Below are positions 17,753-25,163 of a stretch of DNA of 64,000 nt, one piece after another; position 1 is the first letter of the stretch, and the number at the start of each line of letters is the position of its first letter. Both the position numbers and the translations under genes were made by a program. The stretch spans positions 27,449 to 91,448 of the forward strand of contig CAYJPQ010000005.1 of the NCBI GenBank assembly GCA_964372085.1. Reading direction: 5' to 3'. The notes beneath the pieces were generated by a model. The model was not told where the DNA came from. It worked only from the letters and a program-made list of their open reading frames with translations, and did no database searches. This DNA comes from an uncultured Bifidobacteriaceae bacterium. GTDB taxonomy: Bacteria; Acidobacteriota; Vicinamibacteria; Vicinamibacterales; UBA2999.

Positions 17753-19111
17753 ATGGCATCGATCAACACGTCGGTCTTCAAGGCGTACGACGTTCGCGGG
17801 CTCTACCCGTCGGAGATCACCGAGGACCTGTTCCACCAGCTGGGCCGCGCCTTCGCCGCGTATCTCGGGCCCGGCCGCTATGCCGTCACACGGGACATGC
17901 GCGTGTCGTCGCCGTCGCTGGCCGCCGCCTTCATCGAGGGCGCCCGCGTGCAGGGCGCCGCGATCTACGACTACGGCCTGATGGGCACCGACCAGATGTA
18001 CTACGCCGTGGCCGCCGATCATCTCGACGGCGGGGCGCAGATCACCGCCTCGCACAACCCGGGCGAGTACAACGGCTGCAAGATGGTGCGCCGCGAGGCC
18101 TTTCCGCTGAGCGGAGAGGCCGGGATCAAGGAAATGAAGGACATGATCGTGGCCGGCGCCATTCCCCCGCCGGCGGCGACGCCGGGCACGGTGGAGCGCC
18201 GCGACATCATGGACCGGTACGTGCAGCACGTCATGTCGTTTGTGGACCCGTCGGCGATCAAGCCCTTCAACGTGGTGCTCGACGCGGGCAGCGGCGTGGC
18301 CGGCATCGTGGCGCCGCGCCTGTTCGACCAGTTGCCCTGCCGCACGACGCGCCTGTGCTTCGAGGTGGACGGCACTTTTCCCAACCACGAGGCCAACCCC
18401 CTCATCGAGGAGAACCGCCGCGATATCGTCGAGCGGGTCGTGGCCGAGAAGGCCGACATCGGCATTGCCTGGGACGGCGACGCCGATCGCTGCTTCTTCA
18501 TCGACGGCAGCGGCGAGTTCATCGCGGGCGACTTCATCACGGCGCTGCTCGCCGAGGCGTTTCTGCTCAAGCACCCCGGATCCACGATCATCTACGACGT
18601 GCGCGCCAGTTACGCGGTAAAGGACGTGGTGGCCAAGCACGGCGGCACGGCCCTGATGAACCGGGTGGGCCACGCCTTCATCAAGCGCCGCATGCGAGAG
18701 GACAACGCCATCTTCGGCGGCGAGGTCACGGGGCACTACTACTTCCGCGACAACTTCTTCGCCGACAACGGCTTCATCCCGGCGCTGCTCATCCTCGAGC
18801 TGATGTCGAAGAAGGGCCTGTCGCTGCGCGACCTGCTCAAGCCCCTGCGCGAGCGCTATTTCATCTCGGGCGAGATCAACACGAAGGTGCCGAACATGGC
18901 CGTGGTGGACGAGAAGATCGGGCTGCTCGCCCGGCACTACGCGAAGGGCCACGTCTACACGCTCGACGGCGTGTCGGTGGAGTTCGACGACTGGCACTTC
19001 AACGTGCGGCCGTCGAACACCGAACCCCTGCTCCGGCTCAACCTCGAGGGGACGACCCCCGAGATCATGGAGCGGCGGCGGGACGAGGTGCTGTCGCTCA
19101 TCCGGCAGTAG
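17753..19111 (+). CDS. phosphomannomutase/phosphoglucomutase
   Basis: Active-site TASHNPGEYNG, metal site GIAWDGDADRCF, sugar site GGEVTGHY. Confidence 0.92.
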   Translation: MASINTSVFKAYDVRGLYPSEITEDLFHQLGRAFAAYLGPGRYAVTRDMRVSSPSLAAAFIEGARVQGAAIYDYGLMGTDQMYYAVAADHLDGGAQITASHNPGEYNGCKMVRREAFPLSGEAGIKEMKDMIVAGAIPPPAATPGTVERRDIMDRYVQHVMSFVDPSAIKPFNVVLDAGSGVAGIVAPRLFDQLPCRTTRLCFEVDGTFPNHEANPLIEENRRDIVERVVAEKADIGIAWDGDADRCFFIDGSGEFIAGDFITALLAEAFLLKHPGSTIIYDVRASYAVKDVVAKHGGTALMNRVGHAFIKRRMREDNAIFGGEVTGHYYFRDNFFADNGFIPALLILELMSKKGLSLRDLLKPLRERYFISGEINTKVPNMAVVDEKIGLLARHYAKGHVYTLDGVSVEFDDWHFNVRPSNTEPLLRLNLEGTTPEIMERRRDEVLSLIRQ

Positions 19112-19189
19112 GCGGCTCCCGGGCGCCGGACTCCCAGCGCCGGCCGAGGCTGTACGCATGATTTCAGGCCTGACTTTATCCGTCGCCGC

Positions 19190-19205
19190 TGGCCCGGCAA
19201 TTGCA
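19190..19205 (+). promoter_or_regulatory. sigma-54 (-24/-12) promoter candidate
   Basis: TGGCCCGGCAATTGCA matches TGGCAC-N5-TTGCA at 10 of 11 conserved positions with exact GG-N10-GC spacing; intergenic. Confidence 0.6.
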
Positions 19206-19218
19206 TAACACCGACCCT

Positions 19219-19434
19219 ATGACCCGGAGTCCGGCTGGAATCTTGTCATTCCTGCTGTTGACGTCCGGCCCGGCCGTCGCCCTGGTTGACGGCGGGCCAG
19301 GCCAGACCGGGTCATCCACCTGTGCGAAGCACGCCACGGTGGCGGTATTTGCTGCGAAGGCCACGGCGGGCCATGCAGTCGTGCGGTCGCGTGTGAATGC
19401 TGCCGCCTTGCGCCGGAATTATCGGCGCGGGTGA
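19219..19434 (+). CDS. possible 71-aa small secreted peptide (very uncertain; may be non-coding)
   Basis: ATG about 3 nt after the predicted sigma-54 start site; signal-like MTRSPAGILSFLLLTSGPAVALV; third-position G+C about three quarters by my count; no recognisable homology. Confidence 0.2.
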   Translation: MTRSPAGILSFLLLTSGPAVALVDGGPGQTGSSTCAKHATVAVFAAKATAGHAVVRSRVNAAALRRNYRRG

Positions 19435-19459
19435 CGGCATCCACCACGATCGGTTTCAT

Positions 19460-19522
19460 CGCGGTCGAGTAATCTGCTCACGACAGCACGTCCTTCCGGT
19501 GAGCAGCCGCGCCTCGACCGCG
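19460..19522 (+). other. nested stem-loop (10-bp outer plus 8-bp inner stem)
   Basis: CGCGGTCGAG..CTGCTCAC-17 nt loop-GTGAGCAG..CTCGACCGCG. Confidence 0.6.
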
Positions 19523-19588
19523 CGTCAGCCCAGACAGAGAGGCTAGACGTCTCATCACGGCTCATGGCCCGCCATCTCACTCCCGATC

Positions 19589-19643
19589 GTAGGGCGGAAC
19601 TTTAGTTCCGCCACTCGACGTTTGGCGGAACCCTAGTTCCGAA
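19589..19643. repeat. REP-like hairpin GTAGGGCGGAACTTTAGTTCCGCC plus a degenerate second copy
   Basis: Perfect 8-bp stem GGCGGAAC/GTTCCGCC with TTTA loop (19589-19612); degenerate copy ggcggaaccctagttccgaa (19624-19643); near-identical copy at 36383-36406. Confidence 0.85.
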
Positions 19644-19694
19644 GGCTGCTGCGCCAAGCCAACGTGAATTCTGCTAGGATCGACCTGCGACTGA

Positions 19695-19769
19695 GCGGGA
19701 GTAACTCAGTGGTAGAGTCACAGCTTCCCAAGCTGTTGGTCGCGGGTTCGATCCCCGTCTCCCGCTCCA
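19695..19769 (+). tRNA. tRNA-Gly (anticodon CCC)
   Basis: Cloverleaf by hand: acceptor GCGGGAG/CTCCCGC, D-arm ACTC-AGTGGTA-GAGT, anticodon stem ACAGC/GCTGT with loop TTCCCAA, T-arm GCGGG-TTCGATC-CCCGT, encoded CCA. Confidence 0.9.
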
Positions 19770-19780
19770 CTTCCTCTTTA

Positions 19781-19852
19781 ACCACGAAGATCACGAAGAC
19801 CACGAAGGCATTTAATCAAGAATGCTTCGTGTCTTTCGTGTCCTTCGTGGTT
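19781..19852. repeat. inverted pair of triple NNCACGAAG 9-mers forming a long imperfect hairpin (likely bidirectional terminator)
   Basis: accacgaag atcacgaag accacgaag - 18 nt - cttcgtgt ctttcgtgt ccttcgtggt; lies between the tRNA-Gly 3' end and the stop of the convergent lipoprotein gene. Confidence 0.85.
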
Positions 19853-19868
19853 GCATTTTCGACTTTGG

Positions 19869-20273
19869 TCACGGCTGGGTGTAGGTCTCTTCCACCCTGA
19901 ACGACCACTGCACGCCCGTGGATTCCACCAGGAAATCGTAGACGCGCGGGTCATCGCTGAAGTCCACGGTGCCCTGGCCGCTGCCCTCGTGGTCGGCCAC
20001 CACCTCCAGCGGCCGGCCGCTCACCGCGCTCCTCACCGTGAGCGTGAAGCGGCCCTTCACGCCCGGCGTGTCTTCGCGCGCCTCCCAGTGGATGCGAAAG
20101 CGGCCCGACGTGCTGTTCACGTCGCCCATGGTCCGCGTGCCGCTGCCCTGCCACGCGCCGAGGGGGCGCACCACGGTGGTCGGGCCGGAGGGCGGTGGCG
20201 CCGGAGGGCCGCACGCCGCCCAGAGGGCAACCGCGAGGAGCGGTGACGCCCGACGGAGCAGGGAAAGCGGCAT
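19869..20273 (-). CDS. hypothetical lipoprotein
   Basis: Signal plus lipobox MPLSLLRRASPLLAVALWAAC; no recognisable domain. Confidence 0.6.
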   Translation of the reverse strand: MPLSLLRRASPLLAVALWAACGPPAPPPSGPTTVVRPLGAWQGSGTRTMGDVNSTSGRFRIHWEAREDTPGVKGRFTLTVRSAVSGRPLEVVADHEGSGQGTVDFSDDPRVYDFLVESTGVQWSFRVEETYTQP

Positions 20274-20289
20274 GCCTGGCGTGTCGTGC

Positions 20290-20937
20290 TTACTGGATGG
20301 TGATGCCCACGCCGATACTGAAGACCTGCGTGCGCTTGGCGCCCGCCTGGGCGGCGGTGGTCTCGCGCGAGCTGAGCTTGGTGAAGCGCACGTCGAAGCC
20401 GGCGCCGAGGTGCGGCTTCATGAACCACCGCGCGCCGCCGCCGAAGTTGATGGCCGGGTACCAGCCTTCCGGCGCGGCGATGGCCGGCGTCGTGCCAAAC
20501 GCCGAGGCGGTGCTCGTCACCTTCGACACACCGTAGCCCGCGCTGAGGTAGCTCCATCCCAGCTTGTGGCCGAAGTTGAAGGACACCTGGGGCGACAGGT
20601 GCGTGGCCTGCGTGGTCACCGACCCGGTGGTGGGCGCGCCCTCGGTGGTGGTGACGGGGGCGCTCGTGGCCTTGCCGATGATGACCGACGCGCCCACGCC
20701 CAGCGTCGTGATCCCGAGCTTCACTAGGTACACGTGCCCGCCGCCCGCCACACCCCACGCCCGGCCCGGCAGCGGCGTGTCGGCGCCGACCGGCGGCACC
20801 CATCCCTCGGCCGATGGCAGGCCCACGGTGACGCCGTGAATATCGAAGGCCACGCGTGGCAGGCGATCGGTGGTGGATTGCGCAAGGGCCGGCGTGGCGG
20901 CGGCCAGCACCGCCAGGGCGAGGACGACGCGCTTCAT
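20290..20937 (-). CDS. outer membrane beta-barrel protein (OmpW/porin-like, small)
   Basis: Signal [20 protein letters not shown], alternating beta-strand pattern, G/Y/T-rich; ORF 20290..21948 trimmed; start overlaps deoC stop by 1 nt (TGATG). Confidence 0.65.
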   Translation of the reverse strand: MKRVVLALAVLAAATPALAQSTTDRLPRVAFDIHGVTVGLPSAEGWVPPVGADTPLPGRAWGVAGGGHVYLVKLGITTLGVGASVIIGKATSAPVTTTEGAPTTGSVTTQATHLSPQVSFNFGHKLGWSYLSAGYGVSKVTSTASAFGTTPAIAAPEGWYPAINFGGGARWFMKPHLGAGFDVRFTKLSSRETTAAQAGAKRTQVFSIGVGITIQ

Positions 20938-21803
20938 CAGTAGCCGCTCGCCTTCCCTGCGGGCGCCTCGCCCCGCGACTCCTTCACGATGCGGACGCCG
21001 GCGCTGGCCCCGATGCGCGTGGCCCCGGCCGCCACCATCGTTCGCACCTGCTCCAGGTCGCGCACCCCGCCCGAGGCCTTCACGCCCATCTCGTCCCCCA
21101 CCACGCGGCGCATCAACGCCACGTCGGCGGCGGTGGCGCCGCCCGGGCCGAACCCGGTGGAGGTCTTCACGAAGTCGGCGCCCGCCGCCTTGGCCAGCGT
21201 GCAGGCCGTGACCTTCTCTTCGTCGGTGAGCAGCGCCGTCTCGATAATCACCTTGCTGATGGCGCCGGCCGCATGGCATGCCGAGACGACGCCGCGGATG
21301 TCGTCGGTGACCAGCCGCACGTCGCCCGACTTGAGGCTGCCGACGTTGATCACCATGTCGATTTCGGAGGCGCCGTCGAAGATGGCGCGGCGGGCCTCGA
21401 ACTGCTTCACGTCGGGCGTGTTGGCGCCCAGCGGGAACCCCACCACCGAGCACACGGCCACGCCGGAGCCTCTCAGCGTCGAAGCGGCAAGGGCCACCCA
21501 GGTAGGATTGACGCATACCGAGGCGAACTTCCACTCGGCGGCCTCCCGGCAGAGCTTGTCGATGTCGGCGGAGGTGGCGTCGGGCTTGAGCAGCGTGTGA
21601 TCGATGAGTCCCGACAGGTCGCTCGCCCCGCCGTCGACGGCATGCAGCCCCAGGCGCGTGGCGCCCGCGTCGAGCACGCCGCGCACGCGCTCGGGACAGC
21701 AGTCGAAGGTGAACCCGTGGCACGCGCAGCGCGGCGGCGCCACGGCCCCGGCCCGCGCCAGTTCCTCGAGAATGAGCTCGATGACGCGCCGGTAGTCGGT
21801 CAC
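20937..21803 (-). CDS. deoC: deoxyribose-phosphate aldolase with ~60-aa N-terminal extension
   Basis: Core starts [12 protein letters not shown]; Schiff-base lysine context DFVKTSTGF; GTG start at 21803 gives GTGA overlap with rpiB stop. Confidence 0.85.
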   Translation of the reverse strand: MTDYRRVIELILEELARAGAVAPPRCACHGFTFDCCPERVRGVLDAGATRLGLHAVDGGASDLSGLIDHTLLKPDATSADIDKLCREAAEWKFASVCVNPTWVALAASTLRGSGVAVCSVVGFPLGANTPDVKQFEARRAIFDGASEIDMVINVGSLKSGDVRLVTDDIRGVVSACHAAGAISKVIIETALLTDEEKVTACTLAKAAGADFVKTSTGFGPGGATAADVALMRRVVGDEMGVKASGGVRDLEQVRTMVAAGATRIGASAGVRIVKESRGEAPAGKASGY

Positions 21804-22429
21804 TGCGTCTTCTCCAGGGCGCGAATCTTCGCCAGGCGCCGGATGTAGCGCGCCTCGCCCATCGGCGTGGCCAGCCACGTGTCGGCAATGGCCTTGGCCT
21901 CGTCCACGCTGACGAGCGTGGCCCCCAGGGCCAGCACGTTGGCGCCATTGTGCTCGCGGGCGTAGCGGGCCAGCGTCTTGTCGGTGCACATGGCCGCGCG
22001 GGCGCCGTCGATCTTGTTGGCGGCGATGGCCGACCCGAGGCCGGCCCCGTCGATCACAATGCCGGCGTCCACTTCGCGGCGCGTCACCAGGCGCGCCACC
22101 TGCGCCGCGATGTCGGGGTAATCCACGGGATCTGGCCCGTTGGTGCCCACGTCGAGCACGCTCAGACCGCGCTGGCGGTAATGGGCCACCAGGGCCGCCT
22201 TGAGCGCCACCCCCGAGTGGTCGCTGCCGATGCCGATGGTGCGGACATCGGCCACGGGCGCCAGGCCGTCCAGCGACGCCTCGGCGACGTTCCGCAGCAC
22301 CGTGACCCGCCGGGCCGCCAGGGTGTCCTGGGCCAATGGGGTGACGTGCCCCCCGGGCTTGAGGGTGACCGTGGCGCCCACGTCGAGGGTGCGGGCATCG
22401 GCTTCGGTGATGATGTCGAAGGTCTTCAT
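21800..22429 (-). CDS. rpiB: RpiB/LacA/LacB-family sugar-phosphate isomerase with ~60-aa N-terminal extension
   Basis: Core [31 protein letters not shown] ... [17 protein letters not shown] ... [16 protein letters not shown]. Confidence 0.85.
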   Translation of the reverse strand: MKTFDIITEADARTLDVGATVTLKPGGHVTPLAQDTLAARRVTVLRNVAEASLDGLAPVADVRTIGIGSDHSGVALKAALVAHYRQRGLSVLDVGTNGPDPVDYPDIAAQVARLVTRREVDAGIVIDGAGLGSAIAANKIDGARAAMCTDKTLARYAREHNGANVLALGATLVSVDEAKAIADTWLATPMGEARYIRRLAKIRALEKTQ

Positions 22430-22446
22430 GCTACGCTTTTCCCGCC

Positions 22447-22968
22447 ATGCCTGCCGCCCGCCCCGCTGTCCTGATTGGCCACGATGAGCTCGCCGCCCGC
22501 GTCGCGGCCCTTGCCGAAGAGATCCGCCGCGATTTCCCTAGCGGGCAGGTCCATTTTATCTGTGTTCTCAAGGGCGCGGTCCTCTTCCTGGCCGACCTGA
22601 TTCGGGCCATGAACACCAAGGTGACCATCGACTTCCTGGCCGTCTCCAGCTATGGCGGCGGCACCACCTCGTCTGGCGAGGTGCGCCTGATCAAGGACCT
22701 CGACTTCGGGCTCGAGGGCCGCGACGTCATCATCGTCGAGGACATCGTCGACACGGGCCTGACGCTGCACTACCTGCAGGAAATCCTCCAGGCGCGCGGC
22801 CCGCGCACCTTGAAGACCGCGTGCCTGCTGAGCAAGCCCTCGCGCCGCAAGATCGACGTGACCGTCGATTACGTGGGCTTCACCATCGAAGATCGCTTCG
22901 TGGTGGGCTACGGGCTCGACTACGCCGAGCAATACCGCAACCTGCCCTACATCGGCATCCTCGAGTAG
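22447..22968 (+). CDS. hpt: hypoxanthine phosphoribosyltransferase
   Basis: PRPP-binding motif VIIVEDIVDTGLTL and C-terminal GYGLDYAEQYRNLPYI. Confidence 0.92.
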   Translation: MPAARPAVLIGHDELAARVAALAEEIRRDFPSGQVHFICVLKGAVLFLADLIRAMNTKVTIDFLAVSSYGGGTTSSGEVRLIKDLDFGLEGRDVIIVEDIVDTGLTLHYLQEILQARGPRTLKTACLLSKPSRRKIDVTVDYVGFTIEDRFVVGYGLDYAEQYRNLPYIGILE

Positions 22969-22973
22969 CCGGC

Positions 22974-24380
22974 CTACGGCTGGACCGCCTTTCGCACCAG
23001 CTCCGCCGCCGCGTTCGCCTCGGCCAGCACCCTCGCCTCGTTGAGCGTCAGCACCTGCCGGTCGCGCATCACCACCGCGCCGTTCACGATCGTCGTCGTG
23101 ACGTCATCGCCGTGCGTCGCATAGACGAGCGCCGACACCGGGTCGTACAGCGGCGTCTGCCGCGCGCGCCTCGTGCCCACCACGATCAAGTCGGCCAGCT
23201 TGCCCGGCTCGAGCGACCCGATCTTCGCTTGCAGGCCCAGCACGCGGGCGCCGCCGATGGTGGCCATCTCCAGCGCTGTTTGCGCACTCACCACCCGCGG
23301 ATCGTTCGACACCAGCTTGTGCAGGAAGGCGGCCTGCCGCATGGCCTCGAACATGTCGAGGTCGTTGTTGCTGGCCGCGCCGTCGGTGCCCAGGCCCAGC
23401 GCGAGGCCGGCTTGCAGGTACCCCGGCACGGGCGCCGCACCGCTGGCGAGCTTCATGTTGCTCTCGGGATTGTGGGACACCCCCACGCCGTTGGCCTTGA
23501 GCAGCGCAATCTCGTCCGGTGTGATCCACACCCCGTGCGCCGCGACGATGGTGGGGCCCCAGAACTTGAGGCTGTCGAGATACCCGACGGGACGCATCCT
23601 GTAACGCTCTTGCGAGATGCGCACCTCGTCCGGCGTCTCGGCCAGGTGAATCAGCAGCGGCACCTGGTACTTGAGGGCGAGGTCTCGCGACCGCATGAGG
23701 GAAGCGGCGTCGAGCGTATACATCGAATGCGGCGCCACGGCCGGCACCACCAGCGGGTCGTCCTTGAAGGCCTTGATGAACGCCTCGGCGCGATCGAGCC
23801 CGGCTTTCGGCGTCGGCGCGTCGGCGACGGGGAACTCGATCACCGTCTGCCCTAGCACGCCGCGCAACCCGGCCTCTTTGGCCGCGTGCGCCACGTCCTC
23901 CTCGAAGTAATACATGTCGGTGAACGTCGTGGTCCCCGACTGGATCATCTCGAGGGCAGCGAGGCGTGAGCCCTGCCGGACAAACGCCGGCGACACCGTC
24001 TTGGCCTCGCCCGGGAAGATGTACTTCTGCAACCAGTCCATCAGGGCCAGGTCGTCGGCCAGGCCTCGGAACATCACCATGGCCGCATGGGTGTGCGTGT
24101 TGACCAGGCCGGGCAGGACGATCGATCCGGAGGCGTCGATGGTGTCGACGCCGCGGAACTGCGCGGCAATCGCCTCGGGCCGGTCAACCGCCACGATCGC
24201 CGATCCGTTGATGGCCACCGACCCCGGATTGAGCACCCGGCGCGAGCCGTCCATGGTGACGACGATGCCGTTGGCCACGATGAGGGTGGCCTCTCGCGCC
24301 TGGCGGGCCGAAGCGAGGAGCCAGGCCACGGGCAGTGCCGTCACCAGGGCCAGGGCAACCAGGATGCCTCGCGAGCGCAT
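22974..24380 (-). CDS. metal-dependent amidohydrolase (MtaD/SsnA-like deaminase), with signal/anchor sequence
   Basis: GLVNTHTHAAM HxH metal motif, later HLAE and GTDGAASNN motifs. Confidence 0.85.
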   Translation of the reverse strand: MRSRGILVALALVTALPVAWLLASARQAREATLIVANGIVVTMDGSRRVLNPGSVAINGSAIVAVDRPEAIAAQFRGVDTIDASGSIVLPGLVNTHTHAAMVMFRGLADDLALMDWLQKYIFPGEAKTVSPAFVRQGSRLAALEMIQSGTTTFTDMYYFEEDVAHAAKEAGLRGVLGQTVIEFPVADAPTPKAGLDRAEAFIKAFKDDPLVVPAVAPHSMYTLDAASLMRSRDLALKYQVPLLIHLAETPDEVRISQERYRMRPVGYLDSLKFWGPTIVAAHGVWITPDEIALLKANGVGVSHNPESNMKLASGAAPVPGYLQAGLALGLGTDGAASNNDLDMFEAMRQAAFLHKLVSNDPRVVSAQTALEMATIGGARVLGLQAKIGSLEPGKLADLIVVGTRRARQTPLYDPVSALVYATHGDDVTTTIVNGAVVMRDRQVLTLNEARVLAEANAAAELVRKAVQP

Positions 24381-24387
24381 GGCGAGG

Positions 24388-24393
24388 ATTGTA
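24388..24393 (-). promoter_or_regulatory. candidate -10 box TACAAT 7 nt upstream of the amidohydrolase ATG (leaderless-type)
   Basis: minus strand cgTACAATcctcgccATG. Confidence 0.4.
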
Positions 24394-24429
24394 CGTGAAT
24401 CACGGATTGCGTTGTAAGCTCTCTCCGTT

Positions 24430-25050
24430 GTGCTGCGACTCGTCGATCACCCGCTCGTGCACGAATGCCTGGCCGAGCTGCGCGACGTGCGCACGGGCCC
24501 GGAACGGTTTCGCGCGCTGGCCGCGCGCATCAGCGTGCTGCTGGGGGCCGAGGCCCTGAGGGACGTGCCGTCCCGTGTGGACACCGTCGACACGCCGCTC
24601 GGCCCGGCGCCGGCGCGCCGCCTGGCCGCTGACGTGGTGCTGGCGCCTGTCCTGCGGGCGGGCCTCGGCATGCTGCCCGGGATGCTGGAGCTCGTGCCGA
24701 ATGCGCGCGTCGGCCACCTGGGGCTGCAACGCGACGAGCGGACGGCCGTGGCCTCGCAGTACTACGCCAAGCTCCCGCCCAACATCGAAGACAGCTACGT
24801 GCTTCTGATCGACCCCATGCTGGCCACCGGGGGCAGCGCCGTCTCGGCCCTCGACGTGATTACCAGGGCCGGCGCGCGGCATGTGCGGCTGGTCTGCATC
24901 GTGGCCGCGCCCGAGGGCGTGGCGGCCGTGGAGCGCGCCTATCCCCAGGTGCCCATCTTCACCCCCGTCGTGGACCGGGAACTGAACGCGCACAAGTTCA
25001 TCGTGCCCGGGTTGGGCGATTTTGGCGACCGGTTGTTCGGAACGGTCTAA
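24430..25050 (+). CDS. upp: uracil phosphoribosyltransferase
   Basis: LLIDPMLATGGSA PRPP motif and IVPGLGDFGDRLFGT C-terminus; GTG start. Confidence 0.92.
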   Translation: MLRLVDHPLVHECLAELRDVRTGPERFRALAARISVLLGAEALRDVPSRVDTVDTPLGPAPARRLAADVVLAPVLRAGLGMLPGMLELVPNARVGHLGLQRDERTAVASQYYAKLPPNIEDSYVLLIDPMLATGGSAVSALDVITRAGARHVRLVCIVAAPEGVAAVERAYPQVPIFTPVVDRELNAHKFIVPGLGDFGDRLFGTV

Positions 25051-25077
25051 GGCCGTGCTATGATTTTCGATCTGGGC

Positions 25078-25152
25078 GCGCGCTTGGCTCAGCGGTAGAG
25101 CACCGCCTTCACACGGCGGGGGTCGGAGGTTCGAATCCTCCAGCGCGCACCA
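25078..25152 (+). tRNA. tRNA-Val (anticodon CAC)
   Basis: Acceptor GCGCGCT/AGCGCGC, D-arm GCTC-AGCGGTA-GAGC, anticodon stem CCGCC/GGCGG with loop TTCACAC, T-arm GGAGG-TTCGAAT-CCTCC, encoded CCA. Confidence 0.9.
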
Positions 25153-25163
25153 ACTCATCCCCC

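Noticed and set aside
19112-19694. Known housekeeping RNA (tmRNA, RNase P RNA, SRP/4.5S RNA, 6S RNA) in the long gap before tRNA-Gly.
   Set aside because: I could not find the diagnostic strings. There is no RNase P GAGGAAAGTCCGGGC-type core, no tmRNA tRNA-like end or tag ORF, and only a poor resemblance to the SRP GGAAG-containing helix 8. 6S RNA cannot be excluded by eye.
20937-22429. Calling a bacterial microcompartment locus.
   Set aside because: No shell protein genes (BMC-H/BMC-P) or aldehyde dehydrogenase are in the window. Only the cargo-like N-terminal extensions are seen, and these are reported as a low-certainty finding.
19695-25152. Genomic island or prophage remnant integrated at tRNA-Gly or tRNA-Val.
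   Set aside because: There is no integrase, no phage-like genes, and no direct repeat of the tRNA 3' end. The flanking genes are housekeeping (deoC, rpiB, hpt, upp).
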